64,000 nucleotides of DNA from Clostridia bacterium (GTDB lineage Bacteria; Bacillota; Clostridia; Christensenellales; UBA1242), in the NCBI GenBank assembly GCA_900768545.1, contig CAAGDD010000004.1, positions 83,493 through 147,492 on the forward strand. The letters run 5' to 3'. The notes beneath the pieces were generated by a model. It saw only the letters and a list, made by a program, of their open reading frames with translations. It was not told the origin of the DNA and ran no database searches. The position numbers and the translations under genes are program-made. Shown piece after piece: positions 17,828-26,796 of this stretch; position 1 is the first letter of the stretch, and every line of letters begins with the position of its first letter.

Positions 17828-17940
17828 ATTTGTCTTTTGACACATATTGAAATGATATGTTGATGTTTGAAAGTGAAGTCGAAATTTGGAAAGTAATGTT
17901 GAAATTTTAAAAAACTTTGAGATGAAGTTTTGTTTTGCAA

Positions 17941-18096
17941 GGGCGTCGGAAAAGCAAATCAAAAGATTTGCTTTTTTTTGTTGCAAAAGGGCGGGCGATG
18001 AGCAGAATTGACGGACAATGGCGGGCGGTGTGAAAGGGCTGATTTTTTTACACCTTTTGCAAATCTGGCGCACATTCTGTGCGGCAGCCGGCGCCC
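17941..18096. repeat. GC-rich palindromic element, copy C (paralogue of 14990-15143)
   Basis: Closing stem GGGCGTCGG/CCGGCGCCC. A 43-nt block is identical to 14998-15040. Also contains stems TTGCAAAAGG/CCTTTTGCAA and CTGGCGCACA/TGTGCGGCAG. Confidence 0.75.
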
Positions 18097-18245
18097 CGTT
18101 TCCATTGAAAACACTTTGTTTGAAAATCACCACAACAAAACTACACTTTATAAAAAACTACACAAAAGAAACATACATTTAAAACCGCCACACCACAAAA
18201 AACACATATAAAAAGCACTTTATTTTTCATAACCACCACACTGCT

Positions 18246-18278
18246 ACAAAAAAAACAGCATATCGATTTGATATGCTG
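18246..18278 (-). terminator. Intrinsic terminator of serS
   Basis: On the minus strand: CAGCATATC-aaatc-GATATGCTG followed by T8. Confidence 0.7.
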
Positions 18279-18296
18279 CTAAAATTTGTTTAAAAG

Positions 18297-19589
18297 TTAG
18301 GCTTTTTTAACTGGATAGATATATTCTTTTCCACCCATATATTTTTGCAAAACTTTTGGAACTTTGATTGATCCGTCTGCTTGATAGTTGTTTTCCAAGA
18401 GAGCAATAAGACCACGTGGAGAAGCAACAACAGTGTTGTTTAATGTGTGAACAAGATATGTTCCTTTTTCGCCTTTGGCACGGATTGAAAGACGTCTAGC
18501 TTGAGCGTCACCCAAAGTTGAGCAAGAGCAAACTTCAAAATATTTCTTTTGTCTTGGGCTCCACGCTTCAATGTCACAAGACTTAACTTTCAAATCAGCC
18601 AAGTCGCCAGAGCAACATTCAAGTTGACGAACAGGAATGTTCATATTGTTGAAGATTTCAACAGAATATTTCCACATTTTGTTATACCAAGCCATGCTAT
18701 CTTCAGGTTTGCACAAAACGATCATTTCTTGTTTTTCGAATTGGTGAACACGATAAACTCCGCGTTCTTCAAGGCCGTGTGAGCCGATTTCTTTTCTAAA
18801 ACATGGGCTATAAGATGTGAGTGTGATAGGAAGTTCTTGTTCTTTCACGATTTGACCTTTAAAACGACCAATCATCGAGTGCTCACTTGTTCCAATAAGG
18901 AAAAGATCTTCGTTTTCGATTTTATACATCATTGCGTCCATTTCAGCAAAACTCATAACGCCATTTACAACATCGCTGCGGATCATAAATGGAGGAATGC
19001 AGAAAGTGAAGCCTTTGTCGATCATATAATCACGACCATAAGCGATCATTGCTTCGTGAAGGCGGGCAGCGTCACCCATAAGATAATAGAATCCTGCACC
19101 GCTTGTTCTGCCAGCACTATCTTTGTCAAGGCCGCTGATAGATTCCAAAATGTCGGCGTTGTAAGGGATTTCATAATCAGGCACAACAGGTTCGCCAAAA
19201 CGAGCGAGTTCAACATTTTCGCTGTCATCTTTTCCAACTGGCACGCTTTCGTCGATGATGTTTGGAATGGTCATCATAATCTTTTTGATTTTTTCTGCCA
19301 ATTCTTCTTCATCTTTTTCGAGTTGGTCAATGCGGTCGTTGTTTGCTTTGACTTGTTCTTTAATTTTGTTTGCTTCGTCAATTTTTTTCTCTTTCATAAG
19401 CATTCCAATTTGGCTTGAAAGAGTGTTTCTGCTGGCACGAAGATTGTCACCTTCTTGTTTATAAGCCCGAAGTTGGGCGTCAAGCTTTTCTACTTCGTCA
19501 ACAAGTGGCAATTTTTCGTCTTGAAACTTCTTTTTGATGTTTTCTTTAACGAGTTCTTTGTTTGTTCTTATCAAGTTTATATCAATCAT
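18297..19589 (-). CDS. serS: Serine--tRNA ligase
   Basis: Start at 19589 (MIDINLIRTN) follows SD AAGGAGAAAG. It has an N-terminal coiled-coil arm and class II core motifs (FRKEIGSHG, TLNNTVVASPRGLIALLEN). Confidence 0.95.
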   Translation of the reverse strand: MIDINLIRTNKELVKENIKKKFQDEKLPLVDEVEKLDAQLRAYKQEGDNLRASRNTLSSQIGMLMKEKKIDEANKIKEQVKANNDRIDQLEKDEEELAEKIKKIMMTIPNIIDESVPVGKDDSENVELARFGEPVVPDYEIPYNADILESISGLDKDSAGRTSGAGFYYLMGDAARLHEAMIAYGRDYMIDKGFTFCIPPFMIRSDVVNGVMSFAEMDAMMYKIENEDLFLIGTSEHSMIGRFKGQIVKEQELPITLTSYSPCFRKEIGSHGLEERGVYRVHQFEKQEMIVLCKPEDSMAWYNKMWKYSVEIFNNMNIPVRQLECCSGDLADLKVKSCDIEAWSPRQKKYFEVCSCSTLGDAQARRLSIRAKGEKGTYLVHTLNNTVVASPRGLIALLENNYQADGSIKVPKVLQKYMGGKEYIYPVKKA

Positions 19590-19838
19590 AACTTTCTCCT
19601 TAATTAGCAAAATTATAGACATTTCTGCATTTTATGTCAAGTTTTTGAAAGGATAAAGATTTTAAAGCACAAAAAAAACAACAATTTTTTGTTGAAATTG
19701 TCAAAATAACGCAATTTTTTGTGATTGAAATTAAATATGTATAAATATTAAAAAAAATAAATTTTTATAAGTAATTATGCATTTTTATTTGACTTTTTGT
19801 CAAAAAATGGATATTCTATTGTATATAAGTGGGGTAAT

Positions 19839-20963
19839 ATGGCAAAAAATTGTGTCACTGTGGTCGAAATTGGCTCATCAAAATTGTCTTGTGTTGTCGC
19901 ACAACGCGGTGTTAATGGCATTTTCAATATCAAAGCTAATGCTTCAGTCGAATATGCTGGCTTTTTTGAAGGCGAATTTTTGGAAAAATCACTTTTAGAA
20001 GATTCGTTTAAAAGTTTGTTTGCAAAAGTTGCTTCTGTTTATCAAAAAAATATAAACAAAATTTATGTTGGAGTTCCTGCCGAATTTTCAAAAGTGTGTG
20101 AAATTTCTCAACAAATTTCGTTTAGAATGAAAAAAACTATCAAAGAAAAAGACCTTGATGCTTTGTCTGAAATGGCTTCTGACAAAATCGATGTCGAAGA
20201 TATGGAAGTTTTGTCTGTTAGCCCTATTTGTTATGGCATTGACGACAATCGAAAAACAAACAATCCTATCGGCTTGAAAGCCACAAAACTTATGGCTGAT
20301 TTTAGTGCAGTTTTGGCACAATCAAGCTTTATTCAAACATTAAACAAAATCTGGACACGCCTTGGCATCGAACAAGTTGAGTATATCAGCGAGCCTTTGT
20401 GTGAAGCGTTGACAGTTGTTGACAAAGAAGAAAGAGAGCGCACTTGCATCGTTATTGACGTTGGAGCGCGTTCGTCAAGCGTCGCTTTTGTTAAAGGAAA
20501 CGGCTTGACAAGTTTGACTTCTTTTTCAATGGGTGGATCGTTTATCACAAGCGATTTGGCAGAAGCGTGCTCAATCGGCTATGAAGATGCTCGAAATTTG
20601 AAAAAACAAATTGTTCTTTCACTCAAAGGCGGGGACAACGATTTTTATGAATTACCACTTTTGGGCGGAAGAATTATTCGAATTCCATTGAATTATGCAA
20701 ACGAAGCAGTTTGTTATAGACTCGAACTTATCGCAAAAACAGTAAACGAGTGCATTAGACTTTTTGCAAAAGAATATGTGCCTTATTATCCAGTGTTTTT
20801 GTGTGGAGCGGGTATTAGCAAAATCAAAGGCGGAAAAGACTTTTTTGCAAAGTGCATTGGTCGAAATATCGCTTATGGAACTTCATCAATTCCAGCACTT
20901 GACAAGCCTGAAATTGCAAGTTTGACGGGTATGGTTGAGATTGCTCTGTCAAAAAACGAATAA
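19839..20963 (+). CDS. ftsA: Cell-division protein FtsA (actin-like ATPase)
   Basis: The ATG at 19839 follows AAGTGGGG. N-terminal VVEIGSSKLSCVV (phosphate-1-like) and DVGARSS motifs are present. It lies immediately upstream of ftsZ. Confidence 0.78.
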   Translation: MAKNCVTVVEIGSSKLSCVVAQRGVNGIFNIKANASVEYAGFFEGEFLEKSLLEDSFKSLFAKVASVYQKNINKIYVGVPAEFSKVCEISQQISFRMKKTIKEKDLDALSEMASDKIDVEDMEVLSVSPICYGIDDNRKTNNPIGLKATKLMADFSAVLAQSSFIQTLNKIWTRLGIEQVEYISEPLCEALTVVDKEERERTCIVIDVGARSSSVAFVKGNGLTSLTSFSMGGSFITSDLAEACSIGYEDARNLKKQIVLSLKGGDNDFYELPLLGGRIIRIPLNYANEAVCYRLELIAKTVNECIRLFAKEYVPYYPVFLCGAGISKIKGGKDFFAKCIGRNIAYGTSSIPALDKPEIASLTGMVEIALSKNE

Positions 20964-21050
20964 AAATACAAAAAATTTACGAAATTTTATCAAAAATTGT
21001 TGCCAAAAAGCAAAATAAAGAGTTAAAATAAAACAAAGAGGAGATTTCTT

Positions 21051-22235
21051 ATGGAAAACAATACAACACCAAATTCAACTTCAATCGTAAAAATCAAAGT
21101 TTTGGGCGTAGGCGGCGGCGGAAACAACGCGGTTAATCGTATGATTGAAGCAAATGTTGCTTCGGCAGAATTTGTTGCGATCAACACTGATAAACAAGCC
21201 CTTTTGATTTCAAAAGCCGAAAAAAGACTTCAAATTGGTGAAAGACTTACTGGCGGAAGAGGCGCAGGCGCTATTCCTGAAATTGGAAGAAAAGCAGCAG
21301 AAGAAAGCAAGTCTTCTATCACAGAAATTTTGAAAGGCACTGACCTTGTATTTATCACTGCCGGCATGGGTGGCGGAACAGGAACAGGTGCTGCTCCAGT
21401 TATTGCCCAAATCGCAAAAGAACTTGGCATTTTGACAGTTGGAATTGTTACAAAACCTTTCCAATTTGAAAATCCAAAGAGAATGGAAAATGCAGAAAAA
21501 GGTATTGCAGAACTTAGAAAATATGTTGATACAATCGTTATTATTCCAAACGAAAGATTGCTCACAATTTTGCCTGAAAAGACAACTTTGGTCGAAGCAT
21601 TTAGATATGCTGACGATGTTTTAAGACAAGGTATTCAAGGCATTTCTGACTTGATCGTATTCCCAGGAATGATCAACCTTGACTTTGCTGATATTGAAAC
21701 AGTTATGAAAAATCGTGGACTTGCTCACATGGGCATTGGTCACGGAAAAGGCGAAAACAAAACTTTGGAAGCTGTTAGACAAGCTGTTGCTTCTCCACTT
21801 ATCGAAACAACAATCGAAGGCGCTACTGGTGTTGTTTTAAACATCAAGGGTGGCAGCGATATCACTTTGAGAGAAGTTAATGAAGCAGCAAATATGGTTA
21901 AAGAAGTTATTGACCCTTCTTGCAACCTTATTTTTGGAAGCAGCATTGACCCAGAAATGAGAGATGAAGTTGAAATCACAATCATCGCTACTGGCTTTAA
22001 AACTCCTGGTGAAGACGCTGAAAAAACTGAAGAAAAGGTTGAAGAAAAACCTGCTGAAAAAGAAGAAGACAAATTTAAAGGCTTCAATCCATTTGGATAC
22101 AATCCACAAGCTCAATCTTCTCAAAAAGATGTTAGAGTAGAACAAAATGACACAACTTCAAGAGTTGATGTAAACCCTACAATCTCTTCAATTCCACCTT
22201 GGATTGAAAAAATTAGAAACAAAAACAAGAGATAG
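21051..22235 (+). CDS. ftsZ: Cell-division GTPase FtsZ
   Basis: Tubulin signature [10 protein letters not shown] plus NTDKQAL and a C-terminal linker and peptide. Confidence 0.97.
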   Translation: MENNTTPNSTSIVKIKVLGVGGGGNNAVNRMIEANVASAEFVAINTDKQALLISKAEKRLQIGERLTGGRGAGAIPEIGRKAAEESKSSITEILKGTDLVFITAGMGGGTGTGAAPVIAQIAKELGILTVGIVTKPFQFENPKRMENAEKGIAELRKYVDTIVIIPNERLLTILPEKTTLVEAFRYADDVLRQGIQGISDLIVFPGMINLDFADIETVMKNRGLAHMGIGHGKGENKTLEAVRQAVASPLIETTIEGATGVVLNIKGGSDITLREVNEAANMVKEVIDPSCNLIFGSSIDPEMRDEVEITIIATGFKTPGEDAEKTEEKVEEKPAEKEEDKFKGFNPFGYNPQAQSSQKDVRVEQNDTTSRVDVNPTISSIPPWIEKIRNKNKR

Positions 22236-22244
22236 GAGTTTTTA

Positions 22245-22802
22245 ATGGAAAACCAAGATTATAAATTTGTAAATGACGAAACTCATCAAAAAGGCAAAAA
22301 ACTTTTTAAAACTTTGGCTTTTATCTTTTTGTCAGTGGCTGTTGTCGCTATTATTTGCGCGATTCCACTTATCGTCAAAGGTGTTCAACTTGGAAATGTC
22401 ACAAACGAAAACCCTAATTATTTCGAATTGAATAAAAAAGGTGCAAATCTTTTGATGGGTGGCTTCGTTTTGATGGGAATGGGAGGACTTTTCTTTGGCG
22501 GATTGTCACTTATGATGTTTATTATGGCTCATCAACGCGAACTCGTCGCTTATCAAGCAAGTTCAACAATCCCTGTTGTTGGCGAAGGTGTTTCTCAAAT
22601 GGCACAACCTGTTGGAGAGGTTGTTGAAAAAGCAAAAATTGCAAAGAAAAGAGTTTGTGAAAAGTGTGGTGCAGAAAACTCTGCAAACGCAAAATTCTGC
22701 AAAGGTTGCGGCGAAGCTCTTGTGAAAACTTGTCCAAAATGCGGAAAAGTTGTTGAAAAAGACTCAAGTTTTTGTGCTGAATGTGGCAGCAAAATTGATT
22801 AA
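22245..22802 (+). CDS. Membrane protein with a C-terminal double zinc-ribbon
   Basis: Two TM segments, then CEKCG..x..CKGCG..x..CPKCG..x..CAECG. SD TAGGAG. Confidence 0.6.
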   Translation: MENQDYKFVNDETHQKGKKLFKTLAFIFLSVAVVAIICAIPLIVKGVQLGNVTNENPNYFELNKKGANLLMGGFVLMGMGGLFFGGLSLMMFIMAHQRELVAYQASSTIPVVGEGVSQMAQPVGEVVEKAKIAKKRVCEKCGAENSANAKFCKGCGEALVKTCPKCGKVVEKDSSFCAECGSKID

Positions 22803-22812
22803 CAAAATATGG

Positions 22813-22844
22813 AAAAAGCAAATCGAAGTGATTTGCTTTTTTTT
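22813..22844 (+). terminator. Intrinsic terminator
   Basis: AGCAAATC-gaagt-GATTTGCT followed by T8, starting 11 nt after the stop codon. Confidence 0.7.
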
Positions 22845-22895
22845 GCGTGAATTTTAAAAATATTGTGGACTTTTATGCATATTTTAAAATGTGGT

Positions 22896-23031
22896 GGGCG
22901 GGCGAAAGCGCCCCGAAGGGGCGAGAAAAGCGAGAAAAAAGTGAGGCGACCGTGCTTCACTTTTTTTTGTCCGCTTTTCTCACGCACAAGCGAGCGCAAA
23001 AAACGCTCGCTCGCGCGTCTTTCGCCCGCCC
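22896..23031. repeat. GC-rich four-helix palindromic element, copy D (archetype)
   Basis: Perfect 13-bp terminal inverted repeat GGGCGGGCGAAAG/CTTTCGCCCGCCC. Internal hairpins at 22909-22923, 22924-22932/22972-22980 (with CTTCAC+T8 inside) and 22990-23010. Confidence 0.8.
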
Positions 23032-23122
23032 TTTGACAAAATTTGAGCATAAAAGTTTTGATTTGTCATTTTTTTCTTATATCGATATGATTGAAATAAA
23101 ATAAAATGATTTTGAGGCAAAA

Positions 23123-23920
23123 ATGAAGATTGTTATCGAATATGTAATAATTGAAAATCTCCTTATCAATTTTATTGTCTTAAAGTCACTTGCCCTTGTC
23201 TGCAAAGAAAAAGGCAGAATATTTCTTTTGTCTGCCTTTTTAGGCTCGTGCCTGACAGTTTGTCTTCCACTACTTCGATTGTCCGCTGTGGGGCATATTT
23301 TGACCCAAATCGGGTTTGCGTGCGTGATAATTTGCATATCATTTAAGTTTAAAAGTTTTAAAAAATTTTTAAAATTGTTTTTCTGCTATTTTTTGATATC
23401 TTTTGCTTATGGTGGTGCAGTTTATTTTTTTGAAGGCTTGTTTGGACAAAAGTTTATGATTTTGACACTTTTGATTGTAACTTTGACATATTTTGTCTTC
23501 AAAATTGTGGTTTCAAAGATCAAACGAAAAAATGATATTGAAAACTTTTGCAAAAATATAAAGATTGAAAATGACGGGAAAATTTTTGACTGCAAAGCGT
23601 TTTTGGATAGCGGAAATTTGCTCACAGATCCAGTCACAAAAAGCCCAGTGTGTTTGATAAATTTCAATATGTTTTCAAAACTTTTTGACAAATTAAAAAT
23701 TGAAGATGTTTTGACAAAATCACAAAAACTCAAAGATATCAAATTGGCACATTATATAAATTTTTCGACTTTAAACAACACAAACAAAATTCTTGTTTTT
23801 CAAGTCGATCAAATAAATGTTGGCGACAAGGTGTTTGAAAGACCGATTTTGGGACTGTGTTTTCAAAATTTCAATCAGTCGTTTGGCACTGATATAATTT
23901 TGCACAACAACTTTGCATAA
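23123..23920 (+). CDS. spoIIGA: Sigma-E processing peptidase SpoIIGA
   Basis: N-terminal polytopic membrane domain. Aspartic-protease motif FLDSGNLLTDP. It lies immediately upstream of sigE. Confidence 0.85.
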   Translation: MKIVIEYVIIENLLINFIVLKSLALVCKEKGRIFLLSAFLGSCLTVCLPLLRLSAVGHILTQIGFACVIICISFKFKSFKKFLKLFFCYFLISFAYGGAVYFFEGLFGQKFMILTLLIVTLTYFVFKIVVSKIKRKNDIENFCKNIKIENDGKIFDCKAFLDSGNLLTDPVTKSPVCLINFNMFSKLFDKLKIEDVLTKSQKLKDIKLAHYINFSTLNNTNKILVFQVDQINVGDKVFERPILGLCFQNFNQSFGTDIILHNNFA

Positions 23921-23931
23921 AGGAGGAGGTT

Positions 23932-24663
23932 ATGAGAAGTATTTTGTTGAAGATAAAATTGTTTTTTTGGAAGATTTTTCACAAAGATTTTTCGAAGCAC
24001 ACAGAAGAGATTGTTTGTTTTATTTATGGAAACGCGACCCTTCCGCAGCCGCTTGATAGCGACGAAGAAATGTTGATGGTCGAAGAAGCACAAAACGGAA
24101 ACTTGGTCGCACGCGAAAAACTTATTGAGCACAATTTGCGTCTTGTGGTTTTTATTGCCAAAAAATTTGAGTCGTGCGGGATCGAACTTGACGACTTGGT
24201 GTCAATAGGGGCAATTGGGCTTATCAAAGCGGTCAAAACATATAGTGTTGACAAAAACATAAAACTTGCCACTTATGCAAGCCGCTGCATTGAAAACGAA
24301 ATTTTGATGCAAATTCGAAAAAACAGTCGCCGCAAAGCCGAAATGTCACTTGATGAGCCATTGTCAAATGACGGCGACGGAAACGAACTTTTGCTTGCAG
24401 ATATTCTCTCGACCGAAGATGACGATGTTTCAAAAAATATCGAACTTTGTGCAGAGAAGAAAATTTTGTTATCTGCCGTCGAAAAACTTGAACGCCGTGA
24501 ACAAGCGATTATGTTTATGCGCTTTGGATTAGATGGAAGTGAAGAAAAAACTCAAAAAGAAGTGGCGGATATTATGGGGATCAGCCAAAGTTATATTTCG
24601 CGAATCGAGAAAAAGATTTTGACAAAGTTGAAGAAAAGATTGCAAAAAACTGCCGAAAATTGA
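23932..24663 (+). CDS. sigE: Sporulation sigma factor E (pro-sigma-E)
   Basis: N-terminal pro-sequence, then LPQPLDSDEE...LIEHNLRLVVFIAKKFE...SIGAIGLIKAVKTY, which closely matches SigE region 2. Confidence 0.92.
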   Translation: MRSILLKIKLFFWKIFHKDFSKHTEEIVCFIYGNATLPQPLDSDEEMLMVEEAQNGNLVAREKLIEHNLRLVVFIAKKFESCGIELDDLVSIGAIGLIKAVKTYSVDKNIKLATYASRCIENEILMQIRKNSRRKAEMSLDEPLSNDGDGNELLLADILSTEDDDVSKNIELCAEKKILLSAVEKLERREQAIMFMRFGLDGSEEKTQKEVADIMGISQSYISRIEKKILTKLKKRLQKTAEN

Positions 24664-24710
24664 CTTTTTTTGCAAAATTTTGACTACTTTTGTGTTTTTT
24701 GAGCGCTCGT

Positions 24711-24740
24711 GCATATTAGTTTTTCTCAACGGGCAACATA
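24711..24740 (+). promoter_or_regulatory. Candidate forespore-type (sigma-F/G) promoter GCATA-16 nt-GGCAACATA upstream of sigG
   Basis: Matched from memory of the Bacillus sigma-F consensus (GCATR / GGHRARHTX). sigG is known to be sigma-F/G dependent. Confidence 0.3.
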
Positions 24741-24765
24741 TCACTATCGAGTTTGAGGTGAAAAA

Positions 24766-25539
24766 ATGTCAAATAGAGTAGTGATTGCGGGCGTCAATAC
24801 CGCGACTTTGCCAAAACTTAAAAATGACGAAATTATGGCACTGATAAAAGAAGTGAAAAAAGGTGACGAGTTTGCGCGCGACAAATTTGTTGTTGCAAAC
24901 TTGCGTCTTGTTTTGTCGGTCGTTCAACGCTTTGCTGGCCACGCCGACAAGGCTGACGATATGTTTCAAGTGGGGTGCGTGGGGCTTTTGAAAGCTATTG
25001 ACAATTTTGACGAAACGCTCAATGTTCGCTTTTCGACTTATGCCGTGCCGATGATTATTGGTGAAATTCGCCGTTATCTTCGCGACAACAATTCGGTCAG
25101 AGTCAGTCGTTCGATTCGAGATGTGGCGTTTAAGGCGATGCAAGCCAAAGAAAAATATATCAAAGAAAACAACGCCGAGCCGACAATGGAACAAGTCGCA
25201 CTTATGCTTGATTTGCCGCTAAAAGATGTTGTTTTTGCGCTTGACGCGATAAGCGAAACAGTGTCGCTCAGTGAGCCTGTTTACACAGACGGAAACGAAG
25301 CAATCAAGGTTTTGGATCAAATTTCCGACGAGAAGAATTGTGATGAAGGCATTGTCGAACGCCTTTCGCTCAACGAAGCAATAAAAAATCTCAGTGATCG
25401 TGAAAAAGAAATTTTGCTTATGCGGTATTATGTCGGGAAAACTCAAATGGAAGTCAGCGAAGAAGTTGGCATTTCACAAGCGCAAGTTTCGCGTCTTGAA
25501 AAAAACGCACTCAAAACTATCAAAAATTTTATCGATTAA
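24766..25539 (+). CDS. sigG: Sporulation sigma factor G
   Basis: GVNTATLPKLKNDE...NLRLVLSVVQRF...FQVGCVGLLKAIDNFD...FSTYAVPMIIGEIRRYLRDNNSVRVSRS is near-identical in pattern to SigG. It sits in spoIIGA-sigE-sigG synteny. Confidence 0.9.
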   Translation: MSNRVVIAGVNTATLPKLKNDEIMALIKEVKKGDEFARDKFVVANLRLVLSVVQRFAGHADKADDMFQVGCVGLLKAIDNFDETLNVRFSTYAVPMIIGEIRRYLRDNNSVRVSRSIRDVAFKAMQAKEKYIKENNAEPTMEQVALMLDLPLKDVVFALDAISETVSLSEPVYTDGNEAIKVLDQISDEKNCDEGIVERLSLNEAIKNLSDREKEILLMRYYVGKTQMEVSEEVGISQAQVSRLEKNALKTIKNFID

Positions 25540-25656
25540 AGCGTCAAAAAATGTTAAAAATTTGTGTTTTTGACATTTTTTTGTTAAAAATAGCCGAAAA
25601 TTTTGATATTTTTAAGATTTTGCATTATTTGACAAAATGCGACATATAAATTTTGT

Positions 25657-25950
25657 ATGGATACATCATTTTTGGAATTGAGATGCAAAGAAGTGGTCAA
25701 TGTCGTCGATGGAAGGCGACTTGGGCATATCGTCGATATTGTTTTCAATCTTGAAAACGGGTGCGTTGTCGGGGTTGTTGTGCCGGGCGAAAAGAGTTTT
25801 TGGAATGTTTTTAAAGGCGGAGCCGAACTTTTTATTCCGCTTTCTCAAATCGTAAAAATCGGCGAAGATGCTGTTTTGGTCGAACTTTTTTCGACATCAA
25901 GTCAAGGTCCAAACGCTTATATTTTGGAAGATAGCAAAAAGAAAAAATAA
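25657..25950 (+). CDS. YlmC/YmxH-family sporulation protein (PRC-barrel)
   Basis: The signature ELRCKEVVNVVDGRRLGHIVDIVFNLENG..VVPG is typical of the YlmC/YmxH family. Confidence 0.8.
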   Translation: MDTSFLELRCKEVVNVVDGRRLGHIVDIVFNLENGCVVGVVVPGEKSFWNVFKGGAELFIPLSQIVKIGEDAVLVELFSTSSQGPNAYILEDSKKKK

Positions 25951-25976
25951 TCAAGTCGTGCTTGATTATTTTTTTG
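25947..25976. terminator. Bidirectional terminator between ylmC-like and nrdR
   Basis: 9-bp stem ATAATCAAG-tcgtg-CTTGATTAT flanked by A6 and T8. Confidence 0.65.
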
Positions 25977-25989
25977 TTTCAATATTAAA

Positions 25990-26433
25990 TTACATTTCTG
26001 TGATGAGTTTTATAAAGTTTGTCACATCTTTAAATTGACGATAAACAGATGCAAATCTTACATAAGCGATTTCGTCAACGGCTTTAAGTTTTTCCATAAT
26101 CATTTCGCCGATTTCTTGTGACGAAATTTCTTGTTTTAGAGAATTTTGAATTTGTTTTTCAATATCTTCTGCCATTGCATCAATTTGGGCGATAGAAACA
26201 GGTCTTTTTTCACAAGCCTTGATCATTCCGCACTTGATTTTTTCGATGTTAAACGCTTGACGGCTTCCGTCTTTTTTAACCACCAAAATAGGCACAGTTT
26301 CAACTGTTTCATAAGTTGTAAATCTTCTGCCGCAGCCAAGACATTCTCTTCTTCTGCGGATAGAATTTGATTCATCAGTGCTTCTTGAATCCAAAACTTT
26401 GCTCTCTTCACATTGACAATAAATACATCTCAT
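25990..26433 (-). CDS. nrdR: Transcriptional repressor NrdR
   Basis: Zinc ribbon MRCIYCQ...CLGCGRRFTTYE followed by an ATP-cone. Confidence 0.95.
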   Translation of the reverse strand: MRCIYCQCEESKVLDSRSTDESNSIRRRRECLGCGRRFTTYETVETVPILVVKKDGSRQAFNIEKIKCGMIKACEKRPVSIAQIDAMAEDIEKQIQNSLKQEISSQEIGEMIMEKLKAVDEIAYVRFASVYRQFKDVTNFIKLITEM

Positions 26434-26568
26434 TTGTTTATCTCCTTAAGTTCGTCTTTATTTTAACACAATATTTTGTATATATCAAACATTTTTAGCA
26501 CAATGATTTGATTTTTTTTAAATTTTGAATATCTGCATATTTTTTTGCACCGATCCATAGTTTGTAAT

Positions 26569-26796
26569 ATGGAAACTTTGGATAATGCGAAAATTGGAAA
26601 AATTTATAAGATTGTCGGCTTTGACGGACAAGTTGACAAGGTTTTAAGGCGCTTTTTAGAACTTGGATTTTCGGTCGGTCAAGATGTGAAAATTGTGTCA
26701 AAATCTTTGCAAAAAAAGGTGTTTTTAGTGCAAATTCGTGGCTATCTTTTGAGCATTCGAGCAAATTTGCTTAAAAAAGTGAAGGTGAAAGTATGA
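26569..26796 (+). CDS. feoA: Ferrous iron transport protein A
   Basis: Small SH3-like FeoA pattern (KIVGFDG...RRFLELGF..G..V). Its stop overlaps the feoB ATG (ATGA). The ATG at 26569 is preferred over the upstream TTG. Confidence 0.8.
   Translation: METLDNAKIGKIYKIVGFDGQVDKVLRRFLELGFSVGQDVKIVSKSLQKKVFLVQIRGYLLSIRANLLKKVKVKV

Noticed and set aside
19590-19838. A T-box riboswitch upstream of serS.
   Set aside because: The region between serS and the divergent ftsA is about 250 nt of very AT-rich sequence. It has no specifier-hairpin or T-box consensus (AAUUAGGGUGGUACCGCG-like) and no terminator/antiterminator pair that I can find.
26434-26568. A Fur box in the nrdR/feoA intergenic region (AATGATTTGATT around 26509).
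   Set aside because: It is only a partial match to the GATAATGATAATCATTATC-type consensus in a very AT-rich region. That cannot be distinguished from background by eye.
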